From Rhizodiscina lignyota (Eukaryota), in NCBI GenBank assembly GCA_010015805.1, contig ML978136.1, forward strand, positions 310,001 to 374,000: a stretch of DNA of 64,000 nucleotides. The letters run 5' to 3'. How positions within the stretch are numbered: position 1 is the first letter of the stretch; each line of letters starts with the position of its first letter. The position numbers were made by a program, and so were the translations under genes. Of the stretch, positions 62,163-64,000 are shown piece by piece. A model generated the notes under the pieces. That model searched no databases. It had not been told where the DNA came from and saw nothing but the letters and a program-made list of their open reading frames with translations.

Positions 62163-63110
62163 ATGGCTGCAGTGAGCAAAGCTTGTTGTGTGTACGTTCA
62201 ACGTTGTCTCGGTCGCAGAAAATTGCTCACCAGATGTTTGTACTAACAAGAATTTCTGTAAGCATTCCCCCTGTCATATCTCAAGGGTATCAGGCAAAAG
62301 GCGAATACAAGACTCTCGATGGTCTGCAAACTTGTACGTTTATTGCTCTCGCACTAATTGAAACAAACGCTAACCGACTGGCAGATATTACTGGCCCACC
62401 CGAGGCCGCTCACGCTATTTTAATAATATATGGTATTTACGACCAAATCCACACTTTCAGTCTTGACTTTGCGCTAAATTCTCATCAAAAATGAAGACAT
62501 ATTTGGATTTTCTCCTCAGATTCTCCAAGGGGCTGACCTCATGGCTACTGCTGACACCCATCGCGAGTATCGGGTATTCATGCCGGATTTCTTCGAAGGT
62601 TCGCCTGCCGATGGAAGTTGGTTTGCATCACAGTCCAATGAAGCACAGCAAAAGGTTGGAAACTTTTTCCAGACAAAAGCTGCACCGCCTCGGACTCTGT
62701 CGAAGATCCCTGGAGTGATTGAAGACGCGAACAAGCTCAGCCTGGAAAGCAACACTGTTTTCTCAACCTGGGCAATCATGGGCTATTGCTGGGGAGGAAA
62801 AGTAGCCAATCTGACTCTAAAGTCACCCACTGCGTTCAAAGTCGCGGCTCAGCTTCATCCGGCCATGTTGGATCCTGAGGATGCGAAAAACGTTGATGTG
62901 CCAATGGTCCTGCTCGCATCTAAGGATGAAGACCAGAATGCTGTCGAAAAATACAAGAACAATCTCCATCCAGTTCACCATGTCGAGACCATCCCAACCC
63001 AAATTCATGGCTGGATGGCGGCTCGGGCGGATCTCAAGGATACCGAAGTTGGCAAAGAGTATCAGAGAGGATATAAGACGGTGCTGAAATTTTTCCACCA
63101 ATACCTGTAG
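62163..63110 (+). CDS. Dienelactone hydrolase family protein, 4 exons
   Basis: SKACC, Y|DIFGF, PDFF, GYCWGG nucleophile, HPAM, IHGWMAAR. Confidence 0.92.
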
Positions 63111-63321
63111 CATACAAAAGGATTGACGTGAAGGTTTAGAGGGAGGATAATTCATGAATGAAAATAAATTTCAGGCCTAAAGTACTTGAACTCCCACCTG
63201 TTATAGCGCTGCTAATTTCATGATCGTGGTTTTATCACTTTTTCTTAGATTCTTTTCTCTTCTCCTTTTGTTAGACTAAAATCTACTCTGGAAAACATTG
63301 ATCTCGCTACAATAAACTCTT

Positions 63322-63533
63322 CTAATACAACTCATGCTCGAGCTTTGAGACCAAGATCCCGATATACGGCGACAGCTCCACATTGAACAAGTCGCCAGCT
63401 TTCAAACAATCTGGTGTTGGATTCTTTGCTGCTCCTACTCCAGCAGTTGTTCCATAGGAATCACTGTGCCTGCCAGTAAGGTGGCTTCCTTGAGTGAGGA
63501 AGGCAACTAGTTGTGGGATGTTGTGGATCAAAT
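63322..63533 (-). pseudogene. Orphan last exon of a fumarylacetoacetate hydrolase (FAH) family gene
   Basis: DLIHNIPQLVAFLTQG...GTTAGVG...LKAGD..VE...IGILV. A splice acceptor is retained, upstream exons are absent, and two compensating frameshifts are inferred. Confidence 0.7.
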
Positions 63534-63628
63534 CTGTCAATGGACGCTCTAGGAAGAGTAGTACTGTATACATAAATGCTAAAAAGGTTAGAGAATAGAC
63601 TAGGCCGTTAATAGCTATTATAGCTATG

Positions 63629-64000
63629 CTATAATTCTAAAGTTATTATAAATGGCGAGTTCCGTTTAGAGACCTCCCTCTTTCTACTTGTCATATACGC
63701 AGCATTCACGAAAAGTGTCTGTCTGCCAGGTACGAGATCGCCTTTGCCGTCATCTACACTCGAAAAGGTACATTTCCTTGGGGAAGCAGCGGTGGATAAA
63801 ACCTGTGCGGAGTCGATCTCATCGCTACCATATTTCCATCGCACAAGCTCGATCCCATTACTGACATGATAGTGGCCAAAGACACAGAGCAGAGGTCGTG
63901 CTTGAGCGACTGCTTGGGCTTGCGCAATGCAGCCACGTAGTCGGGGAATGTCAATCCAGTCCAATCGCTTATCCGGAGGGCCATGAGTAGCCCAGATCTG
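63629..64000 (-). CDS. Calcineurin-like metallophosphoesterase (MPPED-like), 3' part; 5' end beyond the window
   Basis: THGPP, RPLLCVFGHYH, TLFVNAA motifs. Confidence 0.82.
   Translation of the reverse strand, partial: QIWATHGPPDKRLDWIDIPRLRGCIAQAQAVAQARPLLCVFGHYHVSNGIELVRWKYGSDEIDSAQVLSTAASPRKCTFSSVDDGKGDLVPGRQTLFVNAAYMTSRKREVSKRNSPFIITLEL

Noticed and set aside
1..64000. Starship element, intact transposon, PKS/NRPS cluster, tRNA, rRNA or CRISPR array
   Set aside because: No tyrosine recombinase, transposase, reverse transcriptase, backbone synthase, cloverleaf or spaced repeat array was recognised by eye.

Overview
Eukaryotic DNA from a filamentous ascomycete (Pezizomycotina): short spliceosomal introns with CTRAC/CTAAT branch sites and fungal-specific Zn2Cys6, TRI12-MFS and HET genes. 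I assembled about 33 gene models by hand-splicing. Layout: (1) 1-14 kb is accessory/metabolic: ARO80-like TF, Dabb protein, FAD monooxygenase, MFS, Ssu1-type pump, P450, VOC protein. (2) RSM10. (3) A 16-29 kb accessory island with a ubiquitin-like orphan, a candidate MITE and a decaying five-gene catabolic cluster (TF, pseudogenised flavoprotein, pseudogenised TRI12-type MFS, second TF, intronless alpha/beta hydrolase). (4) A mostly housekeeping block at 29-54 kb: SEC72, MARVEL, ELP3, V-ATPase subunit f, amidase, MBOAT, RBG2, acyl-CoA dehydrogenase, PEX3, ATG101, ARG7, LSG1. (5) An accessory tail: SDR, TF, HET gene with WW-like modules and a premature stop, dienelactone hydrolase, FAH relic, metallophosphoesterase. 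Three small multi-exon genes are missed or only partly seen by the ORF track. I recognised no tRNA, rRNA, CRISPR array or intact transposase. Family calls come from remembered motifs, not database searches.
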